From assembly GCF_036321535.1 (NCBI RefSeq), contig NC_087436.1, forward strand, positions 77,626,001 through 77,690,000: a DNA stretch of 64,000 nucleotides. The letters run 5' to 3'. This DNA comes from Camelus dromedarius (lineage: Eukaryota). Below, piece by piece: positions 51,642-64,000 of the stretch. Below the pieces are notes generated by a model. It made no database searches. It was not told where the DNA came from and saw only the letters and a list, made by a program, of their open reading frames with translations. The position numbers and the translations under genes are program-made. Each line of letters begins with the position of its first letter. Position 1 is the first letter of the stretch.

Positions 51642-52657
51642 CTGTAGTAAAAGTTTTCAAGTCAGTTTATAGTAATTATACTTGAGTAAATTTTACATTA
51701 AAATTTAACAAATTTTCTTTCTTTATTCATTCATTCATTCATTTTGTCAACAATATTCATAGACCAGGCGCATCTGAGTATAGGGAGATGGAAAATGTGT
51801 GCCCTCCCTGGGGGATCCACAGCCAAATTACAGTTAGGAATATGAAAAATATATGTATACCAGTATATAGACTGATAGATATGAATATAGATAGTAGATA
51901 TCTCCCAGTGCTTTAAATAAGCTGTGAATAAATGCTTAAAAGAACAGGATGGTGCTATTTTACCAACTCTACTAGGAAAACCAAGGAAAGCTTTAAAGAA
52001 TCATTTACAATTGAGCTGGAATTTTAGAAGCAGGCAGAAATTTCTGCGGGCAACCCCACAGCTAGGTTTCACATTCTAAATTTACTAAACTTTACTGCTT
52101 TTTAAAAAGTTCAGATGTGCACAAAAACCAAAAAAACAGTGACAAAATGAAGTTTAAATAAAATTCTAGAAATCTTCTGTTCTCCAATAAATTATTTCTA
52201 ATGGTAAGTAGTAATTTAAAATGAGGCCAGAGCAGTACGTTTTTTCAAATGAAGATTGAAAGAGGGCATATAGTAACACGTTTATCATCACCACTGATTC
52301 TCTCTCAAAGTAACAAGGCTGTAAATTACTCCTTTATTGAGTTAAGGTTTGTGGTCTATTTTCCTCTATAACAGACAAAGACGATTCTCAACGATGACCT
52401 GAGTAATCTGCATCTCTTTTGAACTATAAGTAGTTTCTGTGCTTCCATAATACGAAGTAAACTCAAACTCCTGGCATAGACTGCAAGATAGAAAATGATT
52501 TTCTTTAAATATAATTTGGCTACATAGAAAAGTACAAAAAGTAAATATATACCTGAGTTTTAAATGTGTGAAAAAAATAAAATAAATGTGTGGAAGCAGA
52601 AATGAGAAGCCTTCACACTTTTCCCAAGAACAAGGGGTTTTTAATAATGACTCTCAC

Positions 52658-52780
52658 CTGCAAAGCCTCCGAATCAAATCCTCAGGTCGTCTTGTTATCT
52701 TTCTGGGAAAATCCATTTTTTCAATTCCTTTGAGAATCAAATTGTAGGTCATCATTTGGTCAATCCCAGAAAAGGGCGGG
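52658..52780 (-). CDS. PRKG2: PRKG2 coding exon, fourth from last
   Basis: (N)PPFSGIDQMMTYNLILKGIEKMDFPRKITRRPEDLIRRLC(R); acceptor ttttctctag|C, donor AG|GTGAGA; 123 bp, phases match the neighbours. Not in the ORF track. Confidence 0.97.
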
Positions 52781-55700
52781 CTAGAGAAAAGCCAGAACAG
52801 GACACTTGGACCAGCATCTGAGACACGGTTCTAACTAAGCCTCTTTTCTTTTCTTTTTCTTCCCTCCCTCCCTTTCTTCTTCCTTCCCCCTCTCTTACAG
52901 GTTAGTGTTCCAGTAAATCTGGATATATGCTAGAAAATAGCTTCATTAATTTCACATCACTTAACAAATGACACACAAACACATGTAGAGGTAATCTGTC
53001 AAGTGGTCATAATCACAGAAAAGAAAAATAGAGGGGAGAACAAAGAGGGAGAGGGAGAGGTGTGATTTTGTGAGACAGAGTGGACAGGAAAAGCCTCTCT
53101 CATACATTGTCAATCGAGCAGAGGTGGGAACGAAGAGGAGTGAATGAGCCACACTGTTTTCTTGTAGGCAAAGGACTCCAAGACAGCAAGGACAAAGGCC
53201 ACGAGTCAGGAGTGGACACAGGTTGTCCCTGGAACAGTGAGGAGGGCAGTGATGCTGCTAGAGTGAGTGGTAAGCAGGGGAGGAGTATAAGAGATAGGGG
53301 AACATCGCATAGATCTCATGGGCGATGGTAAGGACCTGGGAATGTGTTCTGAGTCTGGTGATCTAATTTACAGCAGCCAGAGTAAGCTTCTTAAAAATGT
53401 GTTGAAAATAAACGGTGATGGTACTCGTGGTGGGGAAAGGAAGGTCTGGCAGCCTGGACTAGAATGGTAGGGGTGAAGGTGGTGAGATGTGTTTGAATTC
53501 TCGACTTACTTCGATGATAAAGCCAACAGGATTTGCTAATGGGGTGAATGCGGTGTGTAGGAGAAAGAAAAGATTCAAGAATGATGCTAAGTGTTTTGAC
53601 CTATGGAATCGATTAAAGACTGGGGTAAGGGTTGAGGGTGGGAGGCAAGGGTGCGGAGTAGCTTATGAAGCAGAAACTCCAGACTTATGTCTTGAACATC
53701 CAGATAGAGATGTTAAGCGAACAGCTGAATTTATGAGTCTGGCATTCAGGGAAGAGGTCAGGGCTGGAGGCATGATTCTGGGGAGTTATCAGACAGTAGT
53801 TACGACCATGGGACTGGATGATATCACCCAAGGAGTGAATAGACAGAAAAGAAGTCAAGTGGCCAATGACCACCGAAGGGGTCAGGATGAAGAGAAGGAT
53901 CCAGCAATGAACTCTGAGATGGAGCCTCTAGCACAGGAAGAGAAATGAGAGGAAGGGAGGTCCTAGAAGCCACGTGAAGGGAGCATTTCAAGGAAACTGT
54001 TGCTCAGATGAGTAAGAAAGCTTTGGAAATTAACCATTGAATTTGGGCAACATGTTAACGCATACACTCTGCTTTCAAAACCACTTTAATGCCTATTCTA
54101 TAGTTATTTAATTTTTGAAAGTTAAAGATGACTTTCATGAACAACTCTGCTATATCTTGGTCATGCTTGAGACTTCTGACCGGTGAGAGTTCCCACTCTT
54201 GGTAGTAAACTTGAAACAAGGTCGGTTTTCTATAATCTTTGTTTCACTTGTAACAAAAATGAGGTGGGAAACAAAAACCATTGCTATAATATCTTCCATC
54301 TATTTATATATTTACAACTATGTTTTTTAACGTAAAGTCTACATGTTCTTTATTTTTTGTATATATATACATATATATGTAGATTGTTATTCTACGTGAA
54401 GTAAGCCAGAAAGAGAAAGGAAAATACTGTATAATATCACAACTGTGTTTTGTTTTGTTTATTTCATTTCTTTCCTTGTTTTCATTTACCTCCCGACTCT
54501 CTAGAGTTCAGGGCATTTAAAACGAACTCTTCTCACACCCTACTCTGAAAGCCTTTACAAAAACAAATTCTCAGCTTCTTTCTGACAGCTCAAGGCCACG
54601 TTAGCAACTCCAAGTTACTGAGGTTTTTTTTCCCCCTTCCTCATTCCCTCACTGTATTTCCCTACTTCTTGTAACAATCTACTCCAGCTAATGAAGACTG
54701 AAATGTATGTTCTCCAGCCACCTGAAAGATCATCATGTATCTTTTAGAAATGCAGCTGAAGACTTTTCCAGGGACGAAGAAACAAATTCTTGAAACAGAA
54801 ATCCTTGCGTCCTGAGACCTTAAGCAACTTTCTCTCTGAAATAACTGTCTGAAAAAATTTCTCTTCTTTCCTTCAAAATCTTAAGCAATGAATATTTGAA
54901 AATGATTACAGATAATATAAAATAATCTTTCATATCTGTTTGCTCAATGCATGTGGACAAGGACGTTGAAGGAGCCACAGGTAATCCAACGTTGACATCT
55001 GTAGTGTCAAAAGTTCAAAGAAGATTCTATGAAACTCTCTTTTTGAAAAGTATGTGTTGAGACTTGAATCCCCATCACTGGGCTCATTCCAGCATTCCTT
55101 ATAGCGTTCCACATGCAAATCCTCCCTGAAATCAAGACTTAGAATATTCGGTTGTAAAGGTTTATAAGGATGACCAAATCAGCTCATGAGAAATGGAGGT
55201 AGAAAACTGGAAAGAAAACTGATCTGAATCCTGTGTGTATTTTCCAAGCACTATATTAAAAACACATATGTGTAAGGCACGTGTGTAATGGAAAGAAAAC
55301 CTGGGATCAAATCCCTGATCTTAGATAGGAAGCTCTCCGGCTTAGTTTTTTAATCTATAAGATTTAAATCATAAACTAATCATAATAGAAATTTAAGTCA
55401 TAAAATAGTTTTTAAAGATCCTGCTTTAACGTCCACCCAAGTTTGTGAAAACTAAACTAGATAATATGCATGTCAGTGCTTAGTAAACTGTAAAGTGCTT
55501 TACAAATGTGAGGGAATAAGGGTGTGTGCATGCACATTGAATATTTGGGATCTCACATTCATTAGTACAGCCCTTTAATGGCTTCAGGAATGACAATCCA
55601 ATTTTAACTTTAAAACTCCCGCTGTGTCTTGTCTCTGTTCATTATCACCTCTAGAACGCAGTTGACAAAGGGATTAAAATTTAAATCCATCAATGTTGCT

Positions 55701-56141
55701 TTCTCTTAGCTATTCTGGCTAATGATTTGGGGGGAAGATGGAAGAACATGGTTAAATTTAATTGATCAATGGATTTAATTGACCTAAGACTGCTATTTTC
55801 TCAATTACAAAAAAAATGAGGAAATAATTACAGCCCACAACTTCAATTCCTGTTCTTATTTCTATGATGGATTACCAAAACCTTTATCCACTTAATATGC
55901 TACCTGTGTTTACAGGCCTTGCCATTTTCAGGCACACCACAGCAGCTCTGCACTCCTTTCCTGCAGCTTCCTGAGCCTTTTCACGGTGTCATGACCTAGC
56001 AAGCATGCTATATATGACATAATACGGAGAGGAAGAGGCATCGTGCTTAATCAAAAACACCCCCAAAATGTTAAATTCTTAAATTACATATATTTGTTAC
56101 CATTAGTAAGAAAAGGCTGAACACAACTTGTAGGTACTTAC

Positions 56142-56305
56142 TTGCCCGTTAGGAGCTCATACACTAGAATTCCCAGGGACCAAAAATCCACACTGAAGTC
56201 GTGTCCTTTGTTGAGAATGACTTCAGGAGCTACGTACTCTGGAGTTCCACAGAATGTCCATGTTTTCTGTCCAGATCCTATTTTCTTGGCAAATCCGAAG
56301 TCAAC
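56142..56305 (-). CDS. PRKG2: PRKG2 kinase-domain exon (DFG, activation loop, APE); fifth from last coding exon
   Basis: [54 protein letters not shown](N); acceptor ttccag|GTT, donor AA|GTAAGT; 164 bp. Confidence 0.97.
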
Positions 56306-58810
56306 CTGGAAGAGGATGTCAAAAAAATTTTCAGAGACCATAAAACTCATGTTCTTTAAATTTCCCTCTAACTTCTCCAATCTTACTTCTACATATCCAC
56401 CCTCCTCTTCCCACCATGGTGCGCGCGCACGCACACACACACACACACACACTCCACTGACCCTCTCATTTATTCTTTTGCAGGGACAACGGTATATCTC
56501 ATTACTTTGGAGAAAGTTCCATGCACACACCTCTAATGCCACAACCCCTAGAGGGCTGGTTTGGTAAAGGGAGATCATTACAACAGAGGTGAAGCTCAAG
56601 ACAAGCAGATGAGTAATTTTCAAATCAATAATGATATTCATTGGTAAGAGGAGAGAAGGCAGAAGTGATGGACCCTTGTGCACTTCTAGCTTTGTCATAA
56701 CAGGGAAAAGTAATAACAGAATTGAGAGTGTGGGAAAGGGACCACTATTGAGAAGAAGAAGGGCTTAAAATTCTGGACAGTCCTTAAAAACCATTATGCA
56801 CGTTGTCTGCACCCTCTAAATGTTGGCAGTCGAAAGAAAAAGCCAGGATGGGATGGGATCATCCAATCTTAACTTTTTCTGGACTCTGTCCACTTTCAGT
56901 CCCTCTCACGGTAGTGGGTGGTGGTAGCAACTGCATTAACTTATTTATTCTGAAACAACAGAGCCAGCTCTCACTATAAGCCAGGCTCTGTGCTAAGTTA
57001 CAGATACAGAGTTGACCAGGAGAAGCTCAGAGTATTGGGAAGACTTACACAGATGTGATTAATAAAATGCCACGTGAAACATGATAATAGTAGAAGATTA
57101 GGCTAAACTCAGAGAGCAGACAGACATATTCTTCTGGAACGTTAGGGAGAAGACGGCTGGGGAAGATGTTGCAAGGAGGTGACATCTGAGCTCAGCCCTG
57201 ACTGAGGAGCAGGAACTCTCTCAGGGTAATGAATGGGGGGTAGTAGCCTCATCTGTCTTTTCCGATTAGGCCCCCACCCCACTTCTCTAAGATTCTATTC
57301 AATGAACTCTGTGCACAGAACAGAGACAGGAAAGAAGGCCGGAGCAACAGAAGACCCGTTCATTGAATCGAGGCAGTGTATGTGACTGAAATCCTGTCCT
57401 GCAAAACAAACAGCTGGTTTCCTTCCACAAGGGTTACTTCGCATGTACTTTTCATCTCCAATACATACAGGTATTATTTTAGTAAAACCACCTTCCACCT
57501 CCCTCAAGTAAACAGACCCACAAATTATACCTGGATTTCAACATGCACATTTGAACAGCTTCATTACACATGGACTAGCTTAATAATATGGCAATAGTCT
57601 TGGTTAAAAAAATTAAACAAATCAGGTTAACATAGCAAAACAGGCCCTCACTAAAAAATTATGAGTCAGTGACCTATAAAACCCAGCCCTCATTTATTTA
57701 TTCAAATGTGAATATTTAAAACGATTGTTTTACATTTAAAAATCTCTTGAAATGTACCTTTTTACTAATGCTTTCTGGTATTTATCACACAACAGCAAGG
57801 ATATCCTTATTAGAAAATGGGAATTGAAACAACCTAATTTGAAGTGGGCTTTTACTGTTTTCTTTCATCAACACAGAATGACTCTCAAAGATTATACCCA
57901 AGACATGACTGGGAATATGATGATTCTACTTACTCCTCAGAGAAAGAACCAATATGAAAATCCTGCCTGGTTTTATAAAGACTGAAATTTAAGAGACAAA
58001 AAAGCAATGCTTATAATTGCATTTGTATCCATGCATATATAAAAACATTATATTTTATTGTTCTGTAACAGCCTTTCAACTCATTTTTTTAAATTGCACC
58101 TAAATTTTCCTTTTTAGGATTACTGGAAGTTCATTAGATGGTTGGGAGGGTTTTCCTAGCTCTGAAAATAATAAACTTTGAGTACCTGGTTTTGCTTTTG
58201 TATTTATGTACTGGCCCAAAGAGATGGCAATAATTATATTAAGATTTTAAGATTTATGAAAACTTACCACTTTCTTTCCCTCCCTTGATCATATCAACTT
58301 TAATCCATTTGGTTGCAGGAAATTGACACTCAGACCTATTCAAAGTCATGTGCCTAATACAGACGGACCTGGACCTTATGATGTGAAGTTCTGTGCATTT
58401 TCTATAAAAATTCACACTACCTCTGCCTTGTACCAGCATGGATACCACCGCAGAGCCTCAATCTTTTCTTTAACCCTTTCTTTTCTAGGCAACAGAAATG
58501 CAAGTTCTTATCTTTATTTATTCAAAGAATGTTTATTGAAAATCACCACTGTACCAAGCATCAGGATACAAAGTCCGCAGTCCTTTTAGAGCTTACATTT
58601 AAAAGAAAGGGGAGAACCAGCATAAAAATATAATATCATGCATAATATTGCCAGACAGTGGCTTATGTTATGTGGCACATACAGCAGTTAGGTACTGAGA
58701 ACTCTAGGAACTATATTTTAAATAGGCTGATCAGAAAAGCCTCTCTGAGGAACTGCATTTGAGCAGATATCAGCAGAAATCCATGTGAAATAAGAATGAG
58801 AGGCCTGTGA

Positions 58811-58941
58811 GGGGAGGGTAGAGCTCAGTGGTAGAGCGCATGCTTAGCAGGCACAAGGGCCTGGGTTCAATTTCCAGTACTGCCATTAAAATTTTTTTTT
58901 TCAAAAAGATAAATAAAAGGTAATCTTTGAAAAAAAAAAAA
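58811..58941 (+). mobile_element. tRNA-derived SINE (camelid Vic-1-like)
   Basis: GGGGAGGGTAGAGCTCAGTGGTAGAGCGCATGCTTAGCAGGCACAAGGGCCTGGGTTCAATTTCCAGTAC plus an A tail; degenerate TSD (15/19) at 58792-58810 and 58942-58960. Confidence 0.88.
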
Positions 58942-60559
58942 AAGAATGAGTGATCTGAGAAATCTGAGCAAGGGTGATTCTGACAGGTAAACAGCTGGTA
59001 CAAAGGCTCTAGCCTCTGGGAACATGCATGGTTAAGATCAGGGATTGGCAAGAAGGTCACTGTGTCTGGGCCCTGGTGTGGGAGGGAAGAGAGGTAGCAG
59101 TGAGGGCGGATTGTGTAGTGGTCCAGCAAACCTCAGAAAGAACTTCAGACTTCTTTTCCTAAGAGGCCATTGGAGTATTAATAAGAGGGTTATGCATGGC
59201 CTGGCTAATGTTTTAAAGGGATTATTCCAGAAGAAAAGAAGATAGTCTTCCATGCTTCCTTTTTAAAAAAAATTTTCCTAGCAGAACTAAGCTTTCATGA
59301 AGAATCTCTGGAGAAGCTGCACACAGGTTTTCCCTTGTCTCTCTGTTCGATCCCCATCATGAAAGGCAGCTTACATTATGCTGAAAGCTTAAAAACATTA
59401 AGTCTCCAAAGATTTTAATCAACCAGAAGATATTAAGATGCTTCTAAATCTGCAGCAATGATTGGTTCCTTTAGACAGAAAAATCAGTGCTGTGGCTTGC
59501 TGGAGCTGCTGTCCAGGAAGCAGTAGCTTTTTCCCAGAAGTTTCTCTCTGGGTCAGTAAATGTGTCAGCTATTGGTTCTTTTGCTCACATTAAAAAAAAA
59601 AAAAAGATACAAAATGACCAGTTTAATTAAGCCAGATGATTCATGGAGATGTACCTTCCAAAGAAAATATTTATGTGGCATTTTTAGGGCACTTGCTTTG
59701 CCCAAGTCTAGACAAGGGTAAGATGGAATCTGTTTACTCTGTCCACCAATAACCAAAGAGGATTTCATGTCCTTATGATACTAACATCCATCCACTAAAA
59801 CGGACAACGTGGATGGCTTCCACTGGGTGGAAGAGCGAGTGAGAGAGGCTAAGAGTCCTTCCTAGCAGCACCCCACTCTTCAGGGGGCTGTGGTGACTCA
59901 CCTGCAACACTGGGAGTGCTTAGTGGAACGTGGGAAAGGTGTAGGGGAGCTTTGCATACACGAGAGCAAAGAAAATCAAATCATTGAGGGCTCATCTCAT
60001 ATGCCGCCACCTCTAAGAAGCCTTTGAATTTACAGAACCAACTCTTTCCTCTTACAAGATTCTTTAACACTGTTTATATTCCACAATTACATCCCCTGCG
60101 GAAGCATCGTCTAGTTGTGTGTGAATAAATCTAGCTCCTTGAGAAAAGGCATTACATCCTATTTATTTTGTACCCCTCACAGCATTTGTAGCACAGCAGA
60201 TGTTTGCCATGTGTTTAGTGAAAAAATCTGAACGAGGAGATAACTGTTAACATCGGTTTCAATAAGATGTATCTGTATAATTTTTGCAACAGCTTCATGA
60301 GTTAGGGATTAAATTCAAAAGTATGATATCCCAATGTTAGAGATGACAAAACTAAAGTCTAGGAAGGTCATGGATCCTTGAGATAAGACTAAAACTAAGT
60401 TCCAAAGGAACCTTCTCATAATAGGTAAACTGATGAGTAAGTAGATTTTTAAGGGAAAAGGAGCAACGTATTTTAAGCACGTTGGTGAGAAAAGCTTCTT
60501 TGTCATTTACTAAGTACATCTATTAATGGTCTGGCAAAAAGAATCTAGTTAGAGTTGAT

Positions 60560-63500
60560 GTTTATTTTTATTTTTCAAGTTATGAAATACTTGACACATA
60601 TAATGTGTCATACATGCAAGTTATAAAGCGTGATAATGAAAGCACCCTTGTACCGTACCCACGACCAGTGGAATAGTTAGCAGAGAACCACTGCAGAAGC
60701 CCTGTGCCTCCCATACTGTCCTCCAACCTACTGCCAACAGGTCACCGTGTGCATCCCTCCCATACCTACTGCCAACAGGTCACCGTCACTCTGACTTTTG
60801 GTATTTATCATTTGCTTGCACTGATTTCTAATTTAACCACATACCTAATATCTTTAAATGATACATAGGTCTCATTTTTAAAACTTATAGATAAATCTTA
60901 TCTATTCTTGGGCAAATTGCCTTTTTTTCACTTAAAATCATATTTTTGAATTTAATCCATATCGCAGTACAGTTATTTTCCCTGCTATAAATGCTTTTGT
61001 CCATTATGCTCTTGATGGAAATTTGTCTTACATCTAATGGTGCGTTAGCACATCAAAAACATCATTTTCCACGTTGCCTACTGGACATGTCTAAGAAGGC
61101 AGAATTTCTGGGTCAAAGATATGGTACATTCAACTTCACTACATGCTGTCAAATTATTTCCTTTAGGTACTTATATCTCAAACCCCTTCACAGCAGCAGT
61201 GTTCAAGAGTTCCTAGTGCTTTACATCCTTACCATCTTTAGCGACATCCACTTTTCTTTTTTGCCATCTGTATGTATTAAGTCCCTGTGGTTTTAATTTG
61301 CACCCCCCTTAGTAATTCGTTTGAGCTAGAGCATTATAATTAGTTCTGATATCTGAGAGAGTTCCCACCCACTCTGTTCTTGTTTGCCCTTAGAAATGTC
61401 TTGGCTATTCCTGGCTTTTGGTCAGTTTGTATAGACTTTAGAATCAGCTTGCCAAGCTTCATGGAGTGCTCTGCTGGAATGCCACAGGAAGGGTATCAGA
61501 TCTGTAGGTCACTTGGGGAACTACTGGTATCTTTAGGATGTTGGCCCTTCCTATTTTTTTGTATATGTATTTTATATACTGTATTGTTTTGTTTCACTTT
61601 GTTTTTAATTTTCTTAAATTGAAGTATGGTTGATTTGAACCGTCCTATTTTTAAACCTAATACATCTTTCTGAGTTAGGGTAATGCTAGCTACTGCAACA
61701 AACATATTCAAGAAAGTATAAAAGCTTAAACTCTACATTCGTTTACTTCTTCCTCACATAATGGGTTTTCCTGAGCAGCATGGAAATCTCCTCCAAGCAG
61801 TGGCTCAGAGATGCGGGCTCACTAGGCTCTGCCAACTTCAAATTGCCTGTGCTCATCGGCCAGGAGCCAGAAAGGCTGCACAGAAACCAGCTGCGAAGAC
61901 CCTCATCAGCCCAGGTCCGACAGCAGGGCACAGCATGCAGCTCTCATCGCGCAAGCTCGAACTGTACCACGTAGTCACAACTAGCCACACAGAAGTTCTA
62001 GTTCTGTGCCCAAAAGAGAATGAATTTAGGCCTTTTTAATGTCTTTCTATCAATTTGTATAAGTTTATCAATAAAGCTTTTACACTTTTTTGTCAGCTTT
62101 ATTCCTAGATACATTATATTTTATTTACATTATATAAATATATGTTATATTTTTAGACTTTTTTTCAATGGCATTTGTATTCCTATTTGTCAGCTATATT
62201 TCTGGTATTTAAAAATACACAGAGCTCTTGCATTATTAATCTTACAGGCTGCATCGATACTAAACTCTCTACATTTTAGTAATTTGGTGTTACATTCTGG
62301 ATTTCTATAGAGTTAATCATATCACAAGGGAAATAAGTTTTGTTGTTTATGTGCCAATTTTTCTTTTAATTTTATCTATATCTCAGTGCACCAGGTAGAA
62401 CCTCCTGTAAAATACTAGCGAGAAGTGCTTATACTGCTGATTTTTAAGAGCATACTTCAAATGCTTCATCATTATGTACAGTGTTTAAATTTTTGTTAGG
62501 TATCTTTCTTTGGGTTAATAAAATGTATTTCTATTCCAAGTTTGCTAAGAGAATTTATCATAACTGAATGTGGAAACATCAAAATTTTCTCTGCATCTAT
62601 TGAGGTACTTATGTAATTGTTTTTCTTTTTTTAATCTATTAAAGTGGTGACTTGGTTCAATAAAACTTTTAATGTTAAACTATGCTTGCATTCCTGGGAT
62701 ATATCTAACTTGTTAAGATGCACTGTTACCATTTGTATTAATTGTAGTACTCAATTTGCTAATATTTTGCTTATGATTTTAACATTAAATTCGTAAGTGA
62801 GATTGGACATTAATTTGCCTTCCTCAGGCATTTCCTTTGGAGAATCAAGTTTACACTAGCTTCATAGAATAAGATGGAAATTATCTTTTACTGTTTTCTG
62901 AAAGAATCTGCATAAGGTTCATATTATAAGCCCTTGAAGTAAATTCTCTGCATCTTGTGAGCTACGGACTGAATGTCTCTCTCTAAAATTCCTATGTTGA
63001 AGCTCTATTCCCAAATGTGATGATATTTGGAGGCAGGAGCCTTTGGCGGGTAATTAGGTCATGAGGGTGAAGCCCTCATGAATGGGATTTGTGCCCTTAT
63101 GAAAAAAGACAAGAAAGATGACATCTCTTTCCATCATGTGAGGACACAGTGAGAAGACAGCCACCTGTAAACCAGGAAGAGAGCTCTCACCAGAGCCCAA
63201 CCATATATATATTCATATACACATTTCATATATAGTAGCAGAGTTGCCCAAATCCTTTCTAATCCATGTGAATCTTTACTAACTGTACTTATGTTCATGC
63301 ATAATCACATTTATCTGTAGCTCTTCTCTTTTTCTTTTGATCAGTATTTTCAAGGTTGTTAGTTGTATTAAACTTTCAAAACATCCTGGCTCTGTATCCT
63401 TTTATTTTATATTTTATTAATTCATCTCCTTAACTTTATTTTGTTCCTTCTCTTTTGTTTTTACCCCTTTTCCATCTTCTTAAGTTGAATGCTTAGCTTA

Positions 63501-63780
63501 TTAATTTTTAGCTGTTTTTATTTCCTACTTGAAACATTAAAGGTTATAAACATTACTCTATCATTTTAGTTGCAACCCACATGTGTTGATATGTAAAATT
63601 CTCTATTATGCAACTCTGTTTCATAATATTCATAAAAATCTTCACTCATCCTTGAATTATTTTGAAATATTCCTAAAATTCCAGTGAGGTGAATTCAAAT
63701 TTTTTTAGTGGTTTCTTCCCATTTTTTCAATTTTGTTATTGATCTCTACCTTAAACACTTTGACGCTGGTGAACGAAACC
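60560..63780 (-). mobile_element. Old fragmented L1M with nested MaLR pieces
   Basis: ttagaatcagcttgccaag, ctattccaagtttgctaagag, tgcattcctgggata and caatttgctaatattttg are antisense L1 ORF2 motifs. Confidence 0.65.
62962..63205 (+). mobile_element. MLT1A-like MaLR LTR, 3'-truncated
   Basis: ggactgaatgt...aaaattcctatgttgaagc...gtcatgagggtgaagccctcatgaatgggatt...gtgaggacacagtgagaagacagcc...accaggaagagagctctcaccaga. Confidence 0.85.
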
Positions 63781-64000
63781 TCCATGTTCCTATTTTGGGA
63801 ATGAGAAGGAAGCTGCCCCACTGATCTTTCACTTATTCTTCTATGCTAAGCTGTGTGCTAAGTCTAGCGGTAAATACTGCAGCACAGTTTCTGTCATCAT
63901 GGGGCTATGAGCGCACAGGAGCAGCTAGATCATAAAGAAGCAGGCAACAGTGTCAACATTTAATGTTTGACACTGTATTTTCTTCTACTATACTCCACCT

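Noticed and set aside
56306..56698. Long N-terminal part of the 186-aa minus ORF
   Set aside because: Intronic; it includes a translated microsatellite (VCVCV), and kinase similarity starts only at the acceptor (56305).
58811..58885. Possible tRNA gene (also 32505-32580)
   Set aside because: A and B boxes are present, but there is no clean cloverleaf, and the A-rich tail and TSD indicate a SINE.
56306..64000. Search for the next upstream PRKG2 exon (YRDLKPEN catalytic loop)
   Set aside because: Not found by eye; the region is repeat-rich intron and the exon presumably lies beyond the window. BMP3 exon 1 likewise lies before position 1.

Overview
Mammalian genomic DNA, not prokaryotic. It is probably a camelid or other non-ruminant artiodactyl (inferred from tRNA-derived Vic-1-like SINEs, a Tigger1a_Art-like element and no recognisable Alu, Bov-tA/BovB or PRE-1). 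The window holds the convergent 3' ends of two genes. BMP3 (+) contributes coding exons 2 and 3 (2792-3702, 11022-11213) and a ~3.8 kb 3'UTR. PRKG2 (cGMP-dependent protein kinase II, -) contributes its last five coding exons (56305 down to 42546). All these exons have GT-AG boundaries and join in frame. The ~25 kb intergenic region and the introns are mostly transposon relics (L1, L2, MIR, MaLR/ERV LTRs, hAT and Tigger elements), plus a full-length RPL39 processed pseudogene. I found no novel protein-coding system. The most unusual items are: a complete solo ERV1-type LTR with 8 CCAAT boxes and 2 octamers pointing antisense at BMP3; an L1 inserted in the branch-point region of BMP3 intron 1; and the CpG-containing PRKG2 Arg678 codon. 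Repeat family names come from recall of consensus sequences and need RepeatMasker/Dfam confirmation. Repeat boundaries without target-site duplications (TSDs) are approximate.
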